DNA from: Octopus vulgaris | Taxonomy: Eukaryota | Direction: 5' to 3' | DNA length: 64,000 nucleotides | Assembly (NCBI GenBank): GCA_951406725.2 | Contig: OX597834.1 | Coordinates: 7,192,001 to 7,256,000, forward strand | Shown: positions 40,876-54,499 of the stretch, one piece after another | Layout: each line of letters begins with the position of its first letter | Numbering within the stretch: position 1 is the stretch's first letter | The notes under the pieces: generated by a model | Seen by the model: the letters and a program-made list of their open reading frames with translations, nothing else | Database searches by the model: none | Told to the model about the DNA's origin: nothing | Position numbers and translations under genes: made by a program

Positions 40876-40922
<47 letters not shown>

Positions 40923-41834
40923 TCGTCCTCCTCAACATCATCATCATCATCACCACTACCATCATCACGAAATCTATTTCCATGCCACTTTGTGTCCAGT
41001 AACTCTTAACAGTCAAACACATTTGATAATGGCAGTTTAAAGTTATACAAAGTAACGCATCTCTTTCGTTTCTTCTGCTGCCAGTGAGCTTAGACAACGC
41101 CAAAGGGCAGAAAATAGCTGTTTACTTAGCCTAATACATCAACACTGCAACACATGCCATGGCTCTTAGCTATGGACCAGAATATCAAAATATCTAATAT
41201 GACCTTTAACACCAAGGCTGTGAGCTGACCGATCCATCAACAGGCTGGACAAAATGCTTAGCAGCATTTCGTCCGTCTTTGTGTTTTGTGGTCAAATTCC
41301 ATTTGGGGAATGACTTTGCTTTTCGTTCTTTCAGGTTGGATGAAATAAGAAGGAGTTGGCCACTGGAATCAATGTAATTGACCAATCTCTTCCACCAAAT
41401 TTGCTGGCCTTGTGTCAAAGTTTGGAACCAATATGACATTTAACACTATTATTTTTATATGTTTATTGAGACCTTTGACAATATACTGTGCTTAGGAAGA
41501 TCTGTGAAAACAAGTGGGATCGTAGTTGTGGCCGATGTTAGGGTTTTGTAACTGGTACCTGTGTTGGTAGCTTGTAAAAAGCACCCTTTGAACTTTGGGC
41601 CTCACGGAGAACATGACAGGTGACTGAGACCTTTGATGACATGGTGTGCTTGTGAAAACCTGTCAAGACAAGTGAGATCGTAGTTTTGGCCAATGCTGGT
41701 GTTTTGCAACTGGCACCAGTGTCAGTGGCTTGTAGAAGGATGAAAGAAATGTTTACATGTACACATAGACACACATATACACTCTCATACATGCATATAC
41801 ATCATACACTCACACACACATATAGATATATGCA

Positions 41835-41884
<50 letters not shown>

Positions 41885-42029
41885 CCTGCTCGCTTAGCCA
41901 GCAGGGTGGTGTCATTTGAAGGCTAAAACAATGTGAAGCGCATTGTGACCAGCGATGTGTAGCAACATCTGATAGCCTGGTCGGTCACGGTGATCACGGT
42001 GATATATATATATATAGATATATACAAAA

Positions 42030-42235
42030 TGTGACTGCGTGTGTACCGTTGGCGATTTTTTTCCTCTGTCTTCCCTTCTCTGGATCTTTCCTTCTCCTAT
42101 GTTTCCGACGAAGAGCTCCGCTCAAAACATTAAACCCTCCTTTTGCCTTCTTTCCTGAGCGTCCAATAATACTATATTTGTTCCACGTCCTCGCGTTGTT
42201 GTGTTTTTTTGTGCTTTCTTGTTTGGATTAACTAT
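42030..42235 (+). mobile_element. Short pLTR-like element with decayed U4C hammerhead-like fold (42101-42135)
   Basis: gttt-CCGACGA-a-gagc-tcc-gctc-AAA-acat-t-aaac. Confidence 0.75.
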
Positions 42236-42651
42236 ATCTATATATGCTCATCCTCCTCATCATCATCTTCTACTACACTTTTGGAGTGGTTGGCAATAAG
42301 AAGGACATCCAGCTGTAGAAAACTATGCGAAATCAGTTCAGAACCTGGTGCAGCTCCTCAGCTGACCACTTCTCAGTTAAAACGTCCAACCCATGCTAGC
42401 ATGAAAAATGGTCATTAAATGGTGATGACGATGAAGGCATTTTGCTTAGGGATGGAATATTTGGTTCACAATCATAAGGTTGTGAATTTGATTCCTGGCA
42501 ATGCATTGTGCTCTTAAGCAAGACTCTTTATCTCATATAACTCTAATCCACTCAGCTGGTAAGAATGAATAGTGCCTGTATTTGAAAGGGCCGGCCTTGT
42601 CCCTTTCTGTGTCATGCTGATTCTCCCTGAGAACTACATTAGGGTATATAT

Positions 42652-43065
42652 ATTTCTTTACTGTCCACAAGGGGCTAAACATAGAAGGGACAAACAAGGA
42701 CAGACAAAGCGATTAAGTCGATTACATCGACCCCAGTGCGAAACTGGTACTTTATTTATCAACCCCGAAAGGATGAAAGGCAAAGTCAACCTCGGTGGAA
42801 TCTGAACTCAGAACGTAGCGGCAGACGAAATACCTATTTCTTTACTGTCCACAAGGGGTTAAATATAGAGGGGACAAACAAGGACAGACAAAGGGATTAA
42901 GTCGATTAGATCGACCCCAGTGCGAAACTGGTACTTTATTTATCGACCCCGAAAGGATGAAAGGCAAAGTCGACCTCGGTGGAATTTGAACTCACGATGT
43001 AACAGCAGACGAAATACGGCTACGCACTTCGCCCGATGCGCTAACGTTTCTGCCAGCTCACCACC
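42652..43065 (-). mobile_element. SINE family A, head plus 2 bodies, nested in an older SINE (42435-43180)
   Basis: 13-bp TSD ttagggtatatat at 42639-42651 and 43069-43081. Confidence 0.9.
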
Positions 43066-43321
43066 TTGTTAGGGTATATATGTCTGTGGAGTTCTCAGAC
43101 ACTTGCATGTTAATTTCATGGGCAGGCTATTCCATTGATCAGATCAACTGGAGCTTCCATCGTCGTAACCGTCAGAGTGCCTGGTTTTATACATTTATTA
43201 TATTTTCTTATTCTGTTGCAGTATTAGATTCTGTGATTATTTCACTCCTGTATTTGGTTTTCAATATTCTTGTCATGAACTCAAGCATTCAAACAGATTT
43301 TGTTGCATCTTGGGGTAGGGT

Positions 43322-43655
43322 GGGGTCATTATACCAATAATAAACACATGCACTGGTTCAACTTCACTTTTTTATTATTTGTTAATTAGTCAAATATTTA
43401 ATTACTCGATTAATCATTCAGTAAATCAATCAATCAGTTATTTTCCAAAGTCCTTTCATCACCATTTGCAACCACTTCAATGGCATGCAAATGGCAATAA
43501 AAACACTTTGATAAACACAACTGATTCATTAATTAACTGAATGAGTAATCAAGCAATCAATTAGTCAGTTAAATAGTTAATCAATTGACAAATAATAGAG
43601 AAGAGAAACTGAACCAGTGTGTGTGTGTGTGTTTATTATTAACATAATGATCCTC
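43322..43655. mobile_element. MITE-like element with long imperfect inverted arms
   Basis: gggtcattataccaataataaacaca..cactggttca / tgaaccagtg..tgtgtttattattaacataatgatcc. Confidence 0.65.
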
Positions 43656-44089
43656 TAGAGGTACAGCGAAATTCTATTATATATTTTTGCTGTTATATCA
43701 CGTATTATAAACAAGGTTGTGAGATGGCAGAATGTTTAGCACAGCAGGTAAAATGCTTAGTGGTGTTTCATCTGTCTCCATGTTCTGAGTTCAAATTCCG
43801 TTGAGGTCAACTTTGCCTTTCATCCTTTCAAGTTGATAAAATAAGTACCAGACAAGCACACCCCAAAATAATTACTGGCCTTGAACAAAAATTCATAAAA
43901 ATGTTACATACATTATATCTCATAATAGGTACAAGCGTGGCCCTGAGGTCAATAGCTTGCATGCATACCACATGGTTCTGGGTTCAGTCCCAGCACGTGA
44001 CACTTGGGGCAAGAATCTTCTACTATAGCCTCGGCTGACCAAAGCCCTGTGAGTGGATTTGGTAGACAGAAACTGAAAGAAGCCCATCG

Positions 44090-44122
<33 letters not shown>

Positions 44123-44555
44123 GAAATAGAGGGTAAATGTTTTTATTTTTCATTCCCTTTCGAAATTACCCCTAATAGTAGTTTGGAGTTTAACTATTCT
44201 TTCTAGCGAGTCAGATATCCTGTTATGGCCATCTCTTATGCATTTAAATGTAAACTGTATTTTCATATATATATATAAAATTACTTACTGGAATTATCCA
44301 GTAATTTTCTTTTTTTTTTTTTGCTAATTTATTTTGTCTCTTTGTCTTCTCTCCTGGTACTGTATTAACACTTAATGTGGTTTTAGAGTCAAATTTTGGC
44401 TGCTATTTCTAGCGTGGTCGTATCTCTTAGATACCCTTAATTATAATTTTAATAATTAATTATTACCTTTGAAGTTTTTATTCCCATGCTAGACACCTGA
44501 TAAGATCAGTATTTTAAATAACGATCTTATCCTTATATATATGTGTATACATATA

Positions 44556-44815
44556 AACAATTGCAGCGTGGAAGGTGCTTATAAGCCATTTAAGAAACAC
44601 ACAAAACCCGTTAGATTCACTTCAAAATTTAAATTTAATTTGTCAAAATATTTTCGTCGCTTTGAGACCGCAACCTTTATACTGACAAAACTTAGTGGAA
44701 TCTAGCAGTTTTTGTGTTTCTTAAATGACTTATAAACACCTTCCACACTGCAATTGTTTTCACTCCAGCACACGATCTCAGATCAAGTCACTCGCTATGC
44801 AAGTACATCTCCGTA
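44556..44815. mobile_element. Fold-back copy of the G3-C8 hammerhead family (core decayed)
   Basis: Homologous to 32760-33110; arms ~44556-44605 / ~44710-44760. Confidence 0.8.
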
Positions 44816-44837
44816 TATATATATGTGTGTGTGTTTG

Positions 44838-44874
<37 letters not shown>

Positions 44875-45827
44875 TATATTATATCTTTTTCTCATTTATG
44901 TTATATACTAGCTATTATATTTTATATATTTGCTATTATTCTGTTGTATTATAATATATAACTGGCTCTCCGTCAATTATGATGAGAAGGGTTCCAGATG
45001 ACCTGTTCAATGGAACAGTTGGTCCATGAAATTAATGTGCAAGTGGCTGAGTACTCCACAGACCCAAACACCCTTTACATAGTTTTCAGAAATTCAGCAT
45101 GATACAAAACGTAACAAGGATGGTCTTTTGAAATACAGGTACTTCTCATTTTTGCCAGCAGAGTGAACTGGAGCATCATGAAATAAAGTGTCTTGCTCAA
45201 GAACACAACTTATTGCCAAGAATTGAACTCATGACCTTACGATTGTAAGCCGAATACCCTAACCACTGAGCCATGTGCCTATTGTATTATAAACATTATC
45301 ATCCTCATCATCGTTTAACATCCACCTTCCATGTTGGTATAGATGGGATGGTTTGACAAGGAGCTGGCCAGGTGGACCCTTGACTTCAGTGTCAGTTTTG
45401 GCAGGGATTTTGTTAATGGATACCCTTCCTAATGGCAACCACCCAGCAGAGTGGATTGAGTGCTTTTTATGTGGTACAAGCACAGGCAAAGCCAGTTTTG
45501 AAGGTTTTTACTGCCGGATGCCCTTCCAAATGCCAACCACTCTACGGTGTGGACTGGGTGCTTTTTAAGTGGCACCTGCACTGACAGGGTCACCAAGTAA
45601 CATGCAAGACAAAGATATTTTGAGAGACGAAGGGCCACTGGAAGAGGTGATCTTGTGTCAGATGATGAAAGGTGAGACGACGAGAGAGAAACAGGTGTCT
45701 TGCTGTAGAGGAGGTACAAGGTTACCCAGTTGGAGAGAGGGAGAGGGAGAGGGAGAGAGAGAGAGAGAGAGAGATAGGTAATATTACATTATCTATATTT
45801 GCTGTTATTTCTACAAGTGGAATTATC

Positions 45828-46046
45828 TCTTTTACTCTTTTACTTGTTTCTTTCATTTATCTGCGGCCATGCTGGAGCACTGTCTTTAGTCAAGCAAATC
45901 GAGCCCGGGACTTATTCTTTGTAAGCCTAGTACTTATTCTATTGGTTACTTTTGCCGAACTGCTAAGTTACAGGGACGTAAACACATCAGCATTGGTTGT
46001 CAAGCAATGTTATGAGGACAAACACACACACACAAACATATACACG

Positions 46047-46113
<67 letters not shown>

Positions 46114-46276
46114 GATGGGCTTCTTTCAGTTTCCATCTACCAAATCCACTCACAAGGATTTGGTCAACCTGAGGCTATAGTAGAAGACACTTGGCCAGGG
46201 TGCCATGCAGTGGGACTGAACCCAGAGCCATGTGGCTGGTAAGCAAGCTACTTACCACACAGCCACTCCAGCACCT
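45828..46276 (-). mobile_element. SINE family B, full length
   Basis: Matches the family consensus. Confidence 0.9.
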
Positions 46277-46639
46277 ATCTCTTTACTAATTTCTAAAAAA
46301 TTTTAAATACTCCCGAAGGGAGTTTTTGTACTCTAACTGTAGGGATAATCTCAGTCAAAGATTCTCAACTCTGTTAGATATGTGTATTTAGAATGTCGAA
46401 ATCAGTCGTTAGAAATCGTCCCTTCGCCCCTATTCTTGCCATTATTTCTACCAATCAATAGAAGTAGATCATTCTTGTCACAAGGCCATTGTATAGACTT
46501 CCAGGTTTGAGCAAATGTCAAAAAAATATTGGTGATAAATGACCGCCAATGGCAGAGGTGGGTTGTTAAAAGTTTTGAAGAATGGTGTTTGCAGTTGACC
46601 TTCTGTCGCAGGAATAATATAGCTTAACATGAACTTAAG

Positions 46640-46971
46640 AGGTGATGAGGATGCTGATGGTTGTGGTGTTGATGGTGGTGGTGGTGTTGTTGTCATGGGC
46701 GGTGGTGTGTGGGTGGTGACGGTGCTGATGCCGAAAATAACATTGCTGCTGTTACAGTTGATGATGATGACAATGATGGTTGTGATGGTGGTGGTGGTGG
46801 TGGTGGTAGTGGTGATGGTGGTGATGGTGGTGATGCTCTGCTGTGCTGCTAATGATGATGGTGGTGGTGGTGGTAGTGGTGATGGTGGTGATGGTGTTGA
46901 TGCTGCTGCTGCTGCTGCTGCTGCTGCTGATTGTGGTGGTGGTGATGATGGTGGTGGTGGTGATGATGATG

Positions 46972-47064
<93 letters not shown>

Positions 47065-48330
47065 ATGATGATTGTGATGGTGATGATGATGATGAGGGTG
47101 ATGATGATGATAACAATGATGATGAAGATGATGATGGTGGTGGTGGTGGTGGTGGTGATGATGATGATGATGATTATGATGATGATGATGATGATGACGA
47201 TGATGAGGGTAATGATGATGATGATGGTGATGATAACAATGGGGATGGTGGTAGTATTGATGATGGTACTGATACTGAAAACAGTATTGCTGTTTTTGAT
47301 GATGATGATGATGATGATGTTGATGACTACAGCAACAGCAACATTGGTAACAAAAAGGACGATGAGGAAGCTGGTGATAGCGAACACTAAGAAGCTGATG
47401 ATGATGATGATGATGATGACAATGATGGCAATGATGACGATGATGACAATGATGGTGACCATGATGATGATGATGAAGATGATGATGGTGATAACCATGA
47501 TGATGATGATGATGATGTTGACAATGATGGAGAAGATGATGATGATGATGATGATGATGGTGATCATGATGGAGTTGTTAATGATGACGATGATGAAAGT
47601 GAGTATGACGATAGTGATGCTGGACATAGGTAGTAGCGCTCGTGGAGTTCGTTACTGCGATGTTGGATGGTAGAAGTATTGTGATGTAGGAGATGGGGGT
47701 TGTGGTGGGTGTTGTTAGGGGGCGGGGGTGATGTTTGGGACTGTGACCGGATAAATTGGTTGTTGGATAGAAATGATGCTAGCAACATTTATTAATGTCT
47801 TGCTCGTGTCAAAGGTATTCAGTATAAGAGTAACTGTGCTGATGACGGCGACGATGACGACGATGGTGACGTTGGTGTTGGTGGTGGAGGTGGTGGTGGT
47901 GATGGTGTTGGTTGTAGTGGTTGTGGTTGTGGTGGTGGTGTTGGTGGTTGTGGTCGTGGTTGTGGTTGCGATGGTGATGGTGGTGGTGATGGTGTTGGTG
48001 GTTGTGGTGGTGGTGGTGGTGGTGGTGATAATGGTTGTGGTTGTGGTTGTGGTTGTGGTTGCAATGGTGGTGGTGGTGGTGGTGGTGATAATGGTGTTGG
48101 TGGTGGTGATAATGGTGTTGGTGGTTGTGGTGTTGGTGGTTGTGGTGGTGGTAGTTGTGGTGGTGGTGGTGGTTGTGGTTATGGTTGTGGTTGTGATGGT
48201 GGTGGTGGTGGTGGTGGTGGTGGTTGTGGTGGTGGTGGTTGTAGAGGTAGTGGTGAAGTGATGACTACGATAATGATGATGATGATGATGATGATGATAA
48301 GGATGATGATGATGATGATGATGATGATGC
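46640..48330. repeat. 1.7-kb degenerate (GAT)/(GGT)/(GTT) trinucleotide domain
   Basis: Direct reading; gives poly-D/M/V/T/I ORFs in several frames. Confidence 0.95.
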
Positions 48331-48747
48331 TTAGAATGAGTTGCAAGGAAATGTAGGAAAGTGCACATGAAGTGCAGGTCAAGGAGGAGACAGGCTTCAG
48401 CTGTGCTTAACACATCAAGTGATTAACTTAAACAAGGCTTTCTTTCTTTTCTTTTTTTTTTATAACAGTTTCCAAAACCTTTATCCCTTTAACCAACCAC
48501 CAAAGGAATGAAGGCCTCTTCTCCCCCATTCCCAGCATATGACTTCATCACAGGCACCTTTGAAACTGAGAAATATAAATTATCGATACTCCTGATACTC
48601 AATACATATAAACAGAATTTGATCAAGATCACAGGGTATGTTGATTAAACCCTAGAGTTGTCCTGATACCCGAGAGTGAAGGGGTTGCCTTTGTTTATTT
48701 TGCTTTTTGTTTATAGTCTTTATTTCACTGTGTGTTTTTATACATAT

Positions 48748-49515
48748 AGGCATAGGAGTGGCTGTGTGGTAAGTAGCTTGCTTACCAGTCACATGGTTCT
48801 GGGTTCATTCACACTGCATGGCACCTTGGGCAAATGCCTTCTACTGTAGCATCTGGCTGACTAAAGCCTTGTGAGTGGATTTGGTTGACGGAAACTGAAA
48901 GAAGCCTGTTGTATCATCATCATCAGCGTCATTTAGCGTCTGCTTTCCATGCTAGCATGTGTTGGACGGTTCAACTGGGGCCTGGGAAGCCAGAAGGCTG
49001 CACCAGGCCCAGTCTGATCTGGCAGTGTTTCTACAGCTGGATGACCTTCCTAATGCCAATCACTCCATGAGTGTAGTGGGTGCTTTTTACATGCCACCAG
49101 TACAGGTGCCAGACGAGGCTGGCAATGGCCATGATCGGATGGTGCTTTTTAAGTGCCACCAGCACGGAGGCCAGTTGGGGCGGTGCATGCAATGGTCACG
49201 TTCGGGTGGTTCTCTTACGTGCCACCGGCACTGGTATCACAACTACAATTTCCATTGATGTTGATCGATTTCGATTTTGTATATATGTATATATGTATGT
49301 ATATATATGTATATGTGTGTATGTGTTTGTCTTCCCAACATCACTCGACAACCGATGTTGGTGTGTTTACGTCCCCATAACTTAGCGGTTCGGCAAAAAA
49401 GACCGAAAGAATAAGTACTAGGCTTACAAAGAATAAGTCCTGGGGGTCGATTTGCTCGACTAAAGATAGTGCTCCAGCATGGCCACAGTGAAATGACTGA
49501 AATAAGTAAAAGAGT
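48748..49515 (+). mobile_element. SINE family B with a family D element (48913-49270, -) inserted at its internal microsatellite
   Basis: Head 48748-48912, tail 49280-49515. Confidence 0.88.
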
Positions 49516-49605
49516 ATATTCATTCAATCATGTGTGACAAAATTAAAACTTTGCTAGTGGTACCCATGGAAATTCCACAGAACATAAAAGATTAAGAGAA
49601 GCTAT

Positions 49606-49989
49606 GGAAGCACTCCGTCGGTTCCGACGATGAGGGTTCCGGTTAATCCAAATCAACGGAACAGCCTGCTCATGAAATTAACGTGTAAGTGGCTGAGCAC
49701 TCCACAGACATGTGCACCCTTAATGTAGTTCTCGGGGATATTCAGCATGACACAGAGAGTGAAAAAGCCGGCCCTTTGAAATACAGATACAACAGAAACA
49801 GGAAGTAAGAGTGAGAGAAAGTTGTGGTGAAAGAGTACAGCAGGGATCACCACCATCCCCTGCCGGAGCCTCGTGGAGCTTTAGATGTTTTCGCTCAATA
49901 AACACTCACAACGCCCAGTCTGGGAATCGAAACCGCGATCCTATGAACGAGAGTCCGCTGCCCTAACCACTGGGCCATTGTGCCTCCAC
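49606..49989 (-). mobile_element. SINE with family C head and an alternative 3' body
   Basis: Perfect 15-bp TSD attaagagaagctat at 49591-49605 and 49990-50004. Confidence 0.92.
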
Positions 49990-50773
49990 ATTAAGAGAAG
50001 CTATTCAAGAAAGGAAAGATGATTTGCATTTTTATCTTTATTTTGCTAAGTTATTTCACTTCCAGTCACAATGGTAAATCATATTTTATGATTTCCCTCT
50101 GCTAAGCATTTTGTATTTCTTTCTTTCCCTCCACCTCTTCAACAAACGTCTTAACTATGTAATTCCCATCTTCATATCTGTAACATTTCTCTCTTTCACT
50201 TCACCTCTCACTTCCACTAACTCTCCCTCTCTCTCAATGTAACTACTTCCCTGCCCATCTCTCCTTATCTGCCTTTCTTTAATCCTACTACCAGAACATT
50301 ACCCTCTGCTAAATATTGTATCCTAAACATATCTCTTTCTGTTTACCTTTCCTTCCCCACCCTACAGCACATTGTTAACACTTTCCTCTCCCTCTTTTCT
50401 GTCACTGTGTTTTTCTCTTGCCCTTCACCTCTCCCTTCAACTAACCACATGATGCGTTTGTCCTTATACCTCTTTCCCTATTTCTTCCTCACTTCTTTCT
50501 TCTCTGCTCACACTCTTCACCTTCCTCTCCCTCTCTCTCTCACTCATTCCACCTCCAACTCTCTAACTAATTAAAATATAATGAGTCAACAAACAAGCAG
50601 ATTATTATATAGATATTATGTCCCAATATATTGTGGTCCAGTGGTTAGGCCATTGCACTCACTATCAATAGAGCACGGGTTCAATTATCAGACCAGGCGA
50701 CATGATATCTTCTTGAGCAAAACACTTCATTTTACATTGTTCTAGACCCCTTTTTTATTTAGGGAGAGTGTTT

Positions 50774-50817
<44 letters not shown>

Positions 50818-50909
50818 TGTGTGTGTGTGTGTGTGTGTGCATGTGGATGTGTGAGAGAGGGAGAGAGTGTGTGTGAAAGAGAGAGAGCAAGTGTGTGTGT
50901 GTGTGTGTG

Positions 50910-50910
<1 letters not shown>

Positions 50911-50981
<71 letters not shown>

Positions 50982-51407
50982 TAGATAGATAGATAGATAG
51001 ATAGACAGATAGATAGATAGATAGATAGACAGATAGATAGAAAGATAGATAGATAGATAGAGAGATAGATAGATAGGTAGATAGATAGAGAGAGAGATAA
51101 ATAGATAGAGAGATAGATAGATAGGTAGATAGATAGATAGATAGATGGATAGATAGATAGATAGATATATAGATAGATAGACAGAGAGTGATAGATGGAT
51201 AGATAGAGAGATAAATAGACAGATAGATAGATAGATAGATAGAGAGATAAATAGATAGATAGATAGATAGATAGGTAGATAGATAGATAGATGGATTAAT
51301 AGATAGACAGAGAGTGATCGATAGCTAGATAGATAGAGAGATAGATAGATAGATAGATGGACAGAGAGTGATCAATACAGTTAGAGAGATGGATAGATAG
51401 ATAGATA
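50911..51407. repeat. (GATA)n microsatellite
   Basis: Direct reading. Confidence 0.97.
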
Positions 51408-51856
51408 TGTTTCTTTATTAGCCACACAGGGCTGCACACAGATAGAACAAATTACAAGGTAGAGCTTTTCTTTTGAAGGTTTAAAAAAAAAAAGGAAAGG
51501 GGGGAGTTTCGATCAAAAGGGATCTTAAAAGGAGAGAAAGAGGACAAAAAGGGGGGGTTAAAAAAAGGGGGGAGAGGAAAAAAAATTGATCAATAGGGAT
51601 CGTTATCACAGAAATGTCAATATGAAGTGTAAAGGGGAGGACAGGTGAGGTTTACCCGTGGAAAGAAAAGCCTACGGAAAAGACCACGGTAACCTCGGTC
51701 AATGGAGTCACATGTTATATTTCTTTTTTTTTTTTTTTTGCGAATAAGCAACTCTCTGTTTTCAATTTCTGGGTTCATAGGATTATGCTCAAGGTGGCTT
51801 CGTCATTCATACGTGCCATTCTTGCTACATTCACCCATCTTTTTTTTAAACATTCG
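51408..51856 (-). mobile_element. LINE 3' end (possibly L1/Tx1-like) inserted in (GATA)n
   Basis: Terminal codons ...RWVNVARMARMNDEATLSIIL*, pyrimidine-rich 3' UTR, end cagccctgtgtggctaataaagaaa; clade assignment is tentative. Confidence 0.6.
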
Positions 51857-52161
51857 TAGATAGGTAGGTAGATATCATGTTGCAGAACCATGTAATGGTG
51901 GTAGAGATTCAACTGATGGTGAATTGTGTGAGAAGCCATTCGCCTGGTTTAAATGGTATATTTTCTGAACGTAATGGAATTAAGGCATATTTGTTTGTCA
52001 CTCTTGCAGGAGATGCTTATCATAACTGTCGGCAGAGTGTGAATAATAACTGGGATTTGATGGAAGTTGATTCAGCAAGAGGCAAACAAAGGTGGCATCA
52101 TTGAAAGGTTAATATTTTGGTCATGGTGCTCTCGTGGAAAGCTTACCGTTTGTTGCCAGAA

Positions 52162-52298
52162 GCAGGAGTGGCTGTGTGGTAAGTAGCTTGCTAACCAGCC
52201 ACATGGTTCCGGGTTCAGTCCCACTGCGTGGCATCTTGGGCAAGTGTCTTCTGCTATAGCCCCGGGCCGACCAATGCCTTGTGAGTGGATTTGGTAGA

Positions 52299-52332
<34 letters not shown>

Positions 52333-52544
52333 TTTATCTAAAAGCAGCAGAAAAATTCAACAAATCCTGTTACTCTGAGTTTCACGTTCCCGCTAGCAAA
52401 AACTGTCCGATGAACAGGAACGTGAAACTCAGAGTAACAGGATTTGTTGAATTTTTCTGCTGCTTTTAAATAAAGCATAATACTCTACCACTGGTATTTG
52501 AGTACTCTTTTTTCCACCTTGTTTCACATTTATATGCTTACTCT

Positions 52545-52611
<67 letters not shown>

Positions 52612-52805
52612 GTTTGTGCCCCTAGCATTGCTTGACAACCGATGCTGGTGTGTTTACGTCCCCGTCACTTTGCGGTTCGACAAAAGAGACTGATAGAATA
52701 AGTACTGGGCTTACAAAGAATAAGTCACGGGGTCGATTTGCTAGACTAAAGGTGGTGCTCCAGCATGGCCGCAGTCAAATGAGTGAAACAAGTAAAAGAG
52801 TGAAA
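52162..52805 (+). mobile_element. SINE family B hosting a fold-back element (52330-52550)
   Basis: Head 52162-52300, tail 52610-52805. Confidence 0.88.
52403..52440 (+). ncRNA. Type I hammerhead-like motif, U4C core
   Basis: cugu-CCGAUGA-aca-ggaa-cgu-GAA-acuc-a-gagu-A-acag; the inverted arm preserves cgggaacgu for stem II; GUA triplet. Confidence 0.62.
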
Positions 52806-53589
52806 GAGAGAGAGAGAGAGTTATCAATGTTATTCCTGGCAGTACTATGTCACACTTCATTTAATGTTAAGGAGCTAAGAAACAACCCTGGCCCTGATAG
52901 TATTCTATGTGCACAGATCAACACAAAGCCTGCAATAATATTAGCATTTCCTGGCTGTTTCCAGTGAAGCTTGTTTAGTCTCATATTCAAAGGCATGACT
53001 GCTTCACTGAATGCTGAGATCTACTTTTTTTTCAGAGTACATGATCTGCTTTGTCTAGGCATATGTTCTGCCCATCAAGGGTATTCTCTCTTTTCTCTCA
53101 CTACAAATCCACTATAAGTTATTGCTGTAAAAGCTAGGGTCTGTTGGAAGGTATCTCATTGAAACTGGAATGCAAAAGAGCCATGTGAACAGGTTTCTTG
53201 GTCCAGTCCCACTGCATGGCACCCTGGGCAAAGGTCTTCTACTATAGCCTCAAGCTGAACAAAGCCTTGTGAGTGGTTTTGGCAGGGGGAAACTGAAAGA
53301 ATCTCATCATATATACACACGCACACATCAGCACTAACCACTTCCCAGACCCACATTTTCACACCTACACATACACACACGCACACGTCAAGATCACCAG
53401 CCCTCTTCCTCACGCACATACAAACTCTCTTATACACACGCATACGCATCTTCGTTTTGGGACCACCACCACTTTATTATCTCCCCTTCTTCCAACCTCT
53501 CCTGTGTGACCCTTCTGTCTGGCTTTCGCCATGACAGATCGCTAGCCACACGCATTCTTTATTTTCTCCCCGTGTTTATTTCTGTGTTC

Positions 53590-53625
53590 CTTTCTGTGGA
53601 AGAGCGTAGGCTTGAAACGTTAAAG
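53590..53625 (+). ncRNA. Minimal type I hammerhead-like motif, A6U core, palindromic ACGU helix III
   Basis: cuuu-CUGUGGA-a-gagc-guag-gcuu-GAA-acgu-u-aaag, inside element 53525-53716. Confidence 0.6.
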
Positions 53626-53729
53626 ACTTTTTCACTTCCTGAGTGTTATACTAATACATCTGCTTGTTGTTTACACCACCTGTCTCCATCTTTTGATTTT
53701 TTCTGAATTCTCCCCCTATATATGTGTGC

Positions 53730-53855
<126 letters not shown>

Positions 53856-53857
53856 AA

Positions 53858-54085
53858 GGCGGTGAGCTGGCAGAATCGTTAGCACGCCGGGCGAAATGCT
53901 TAGCGGTATTTCGTCTGCCATTACGTTCTGAGTTCAAATTCCGCCGAGGTCGACTTTGCCTTTCATCCTTTCGGGGTTGATAAATTAAGTACCAGTTACG
54001 CACTGGGGTCGATGTAATCGACTTCATCCGTTTGTCTGTCCTTGTTTGTCCTCTCTATGTTTATCCCCTTGTGGGTAGTAAAGAA

Positions 54086-54088
<3 letters not shown>
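53858..54088 (+). mobile_element. SINE family A monomer in (TA)n
   Basis: Complete head, body and tail. Confidence 0.92.
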
Positions 54089-54124
<36 letters not shown>

Positions 54125-54434
54125 TAATAATAATATAAGGGTAAATAATTATTGATTTTAAAATCAACAATTATTTCCGGGTAGATTTCAGTATGGAAAT
54201 ATAACCATTATCAGTAGGAACTTTTTAAAAAGTTCTATATATGTATATATATAAATAAAAAGGGCATTTATATATATAAATAAAAAGGGGCAAGCAGTCT
54301 TTGACTACTATTTCTAACTTTTTGGTATGTGGCTAAGCAACCTGTTGCTAGCCCTTTTTATTGAGGGCTTCGAATGTCCCATTCGTGCTTTTTGTATCGT
54401 CATCAAAATGTTTTGTGCTCTTGTCCCAGTTTGT

Positions 54435-54499
<65 letters not shown>

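Noticed and set aside
46629-47390. Asp/Gly-rich 253-aa ORF resembling an acidic biomineralisation protein
   Set aside because: Overlapping frames and the opposite strand are equally open (poly-M, poly-I); explained by (GAT)/(GGT) repeats with no unique domain.
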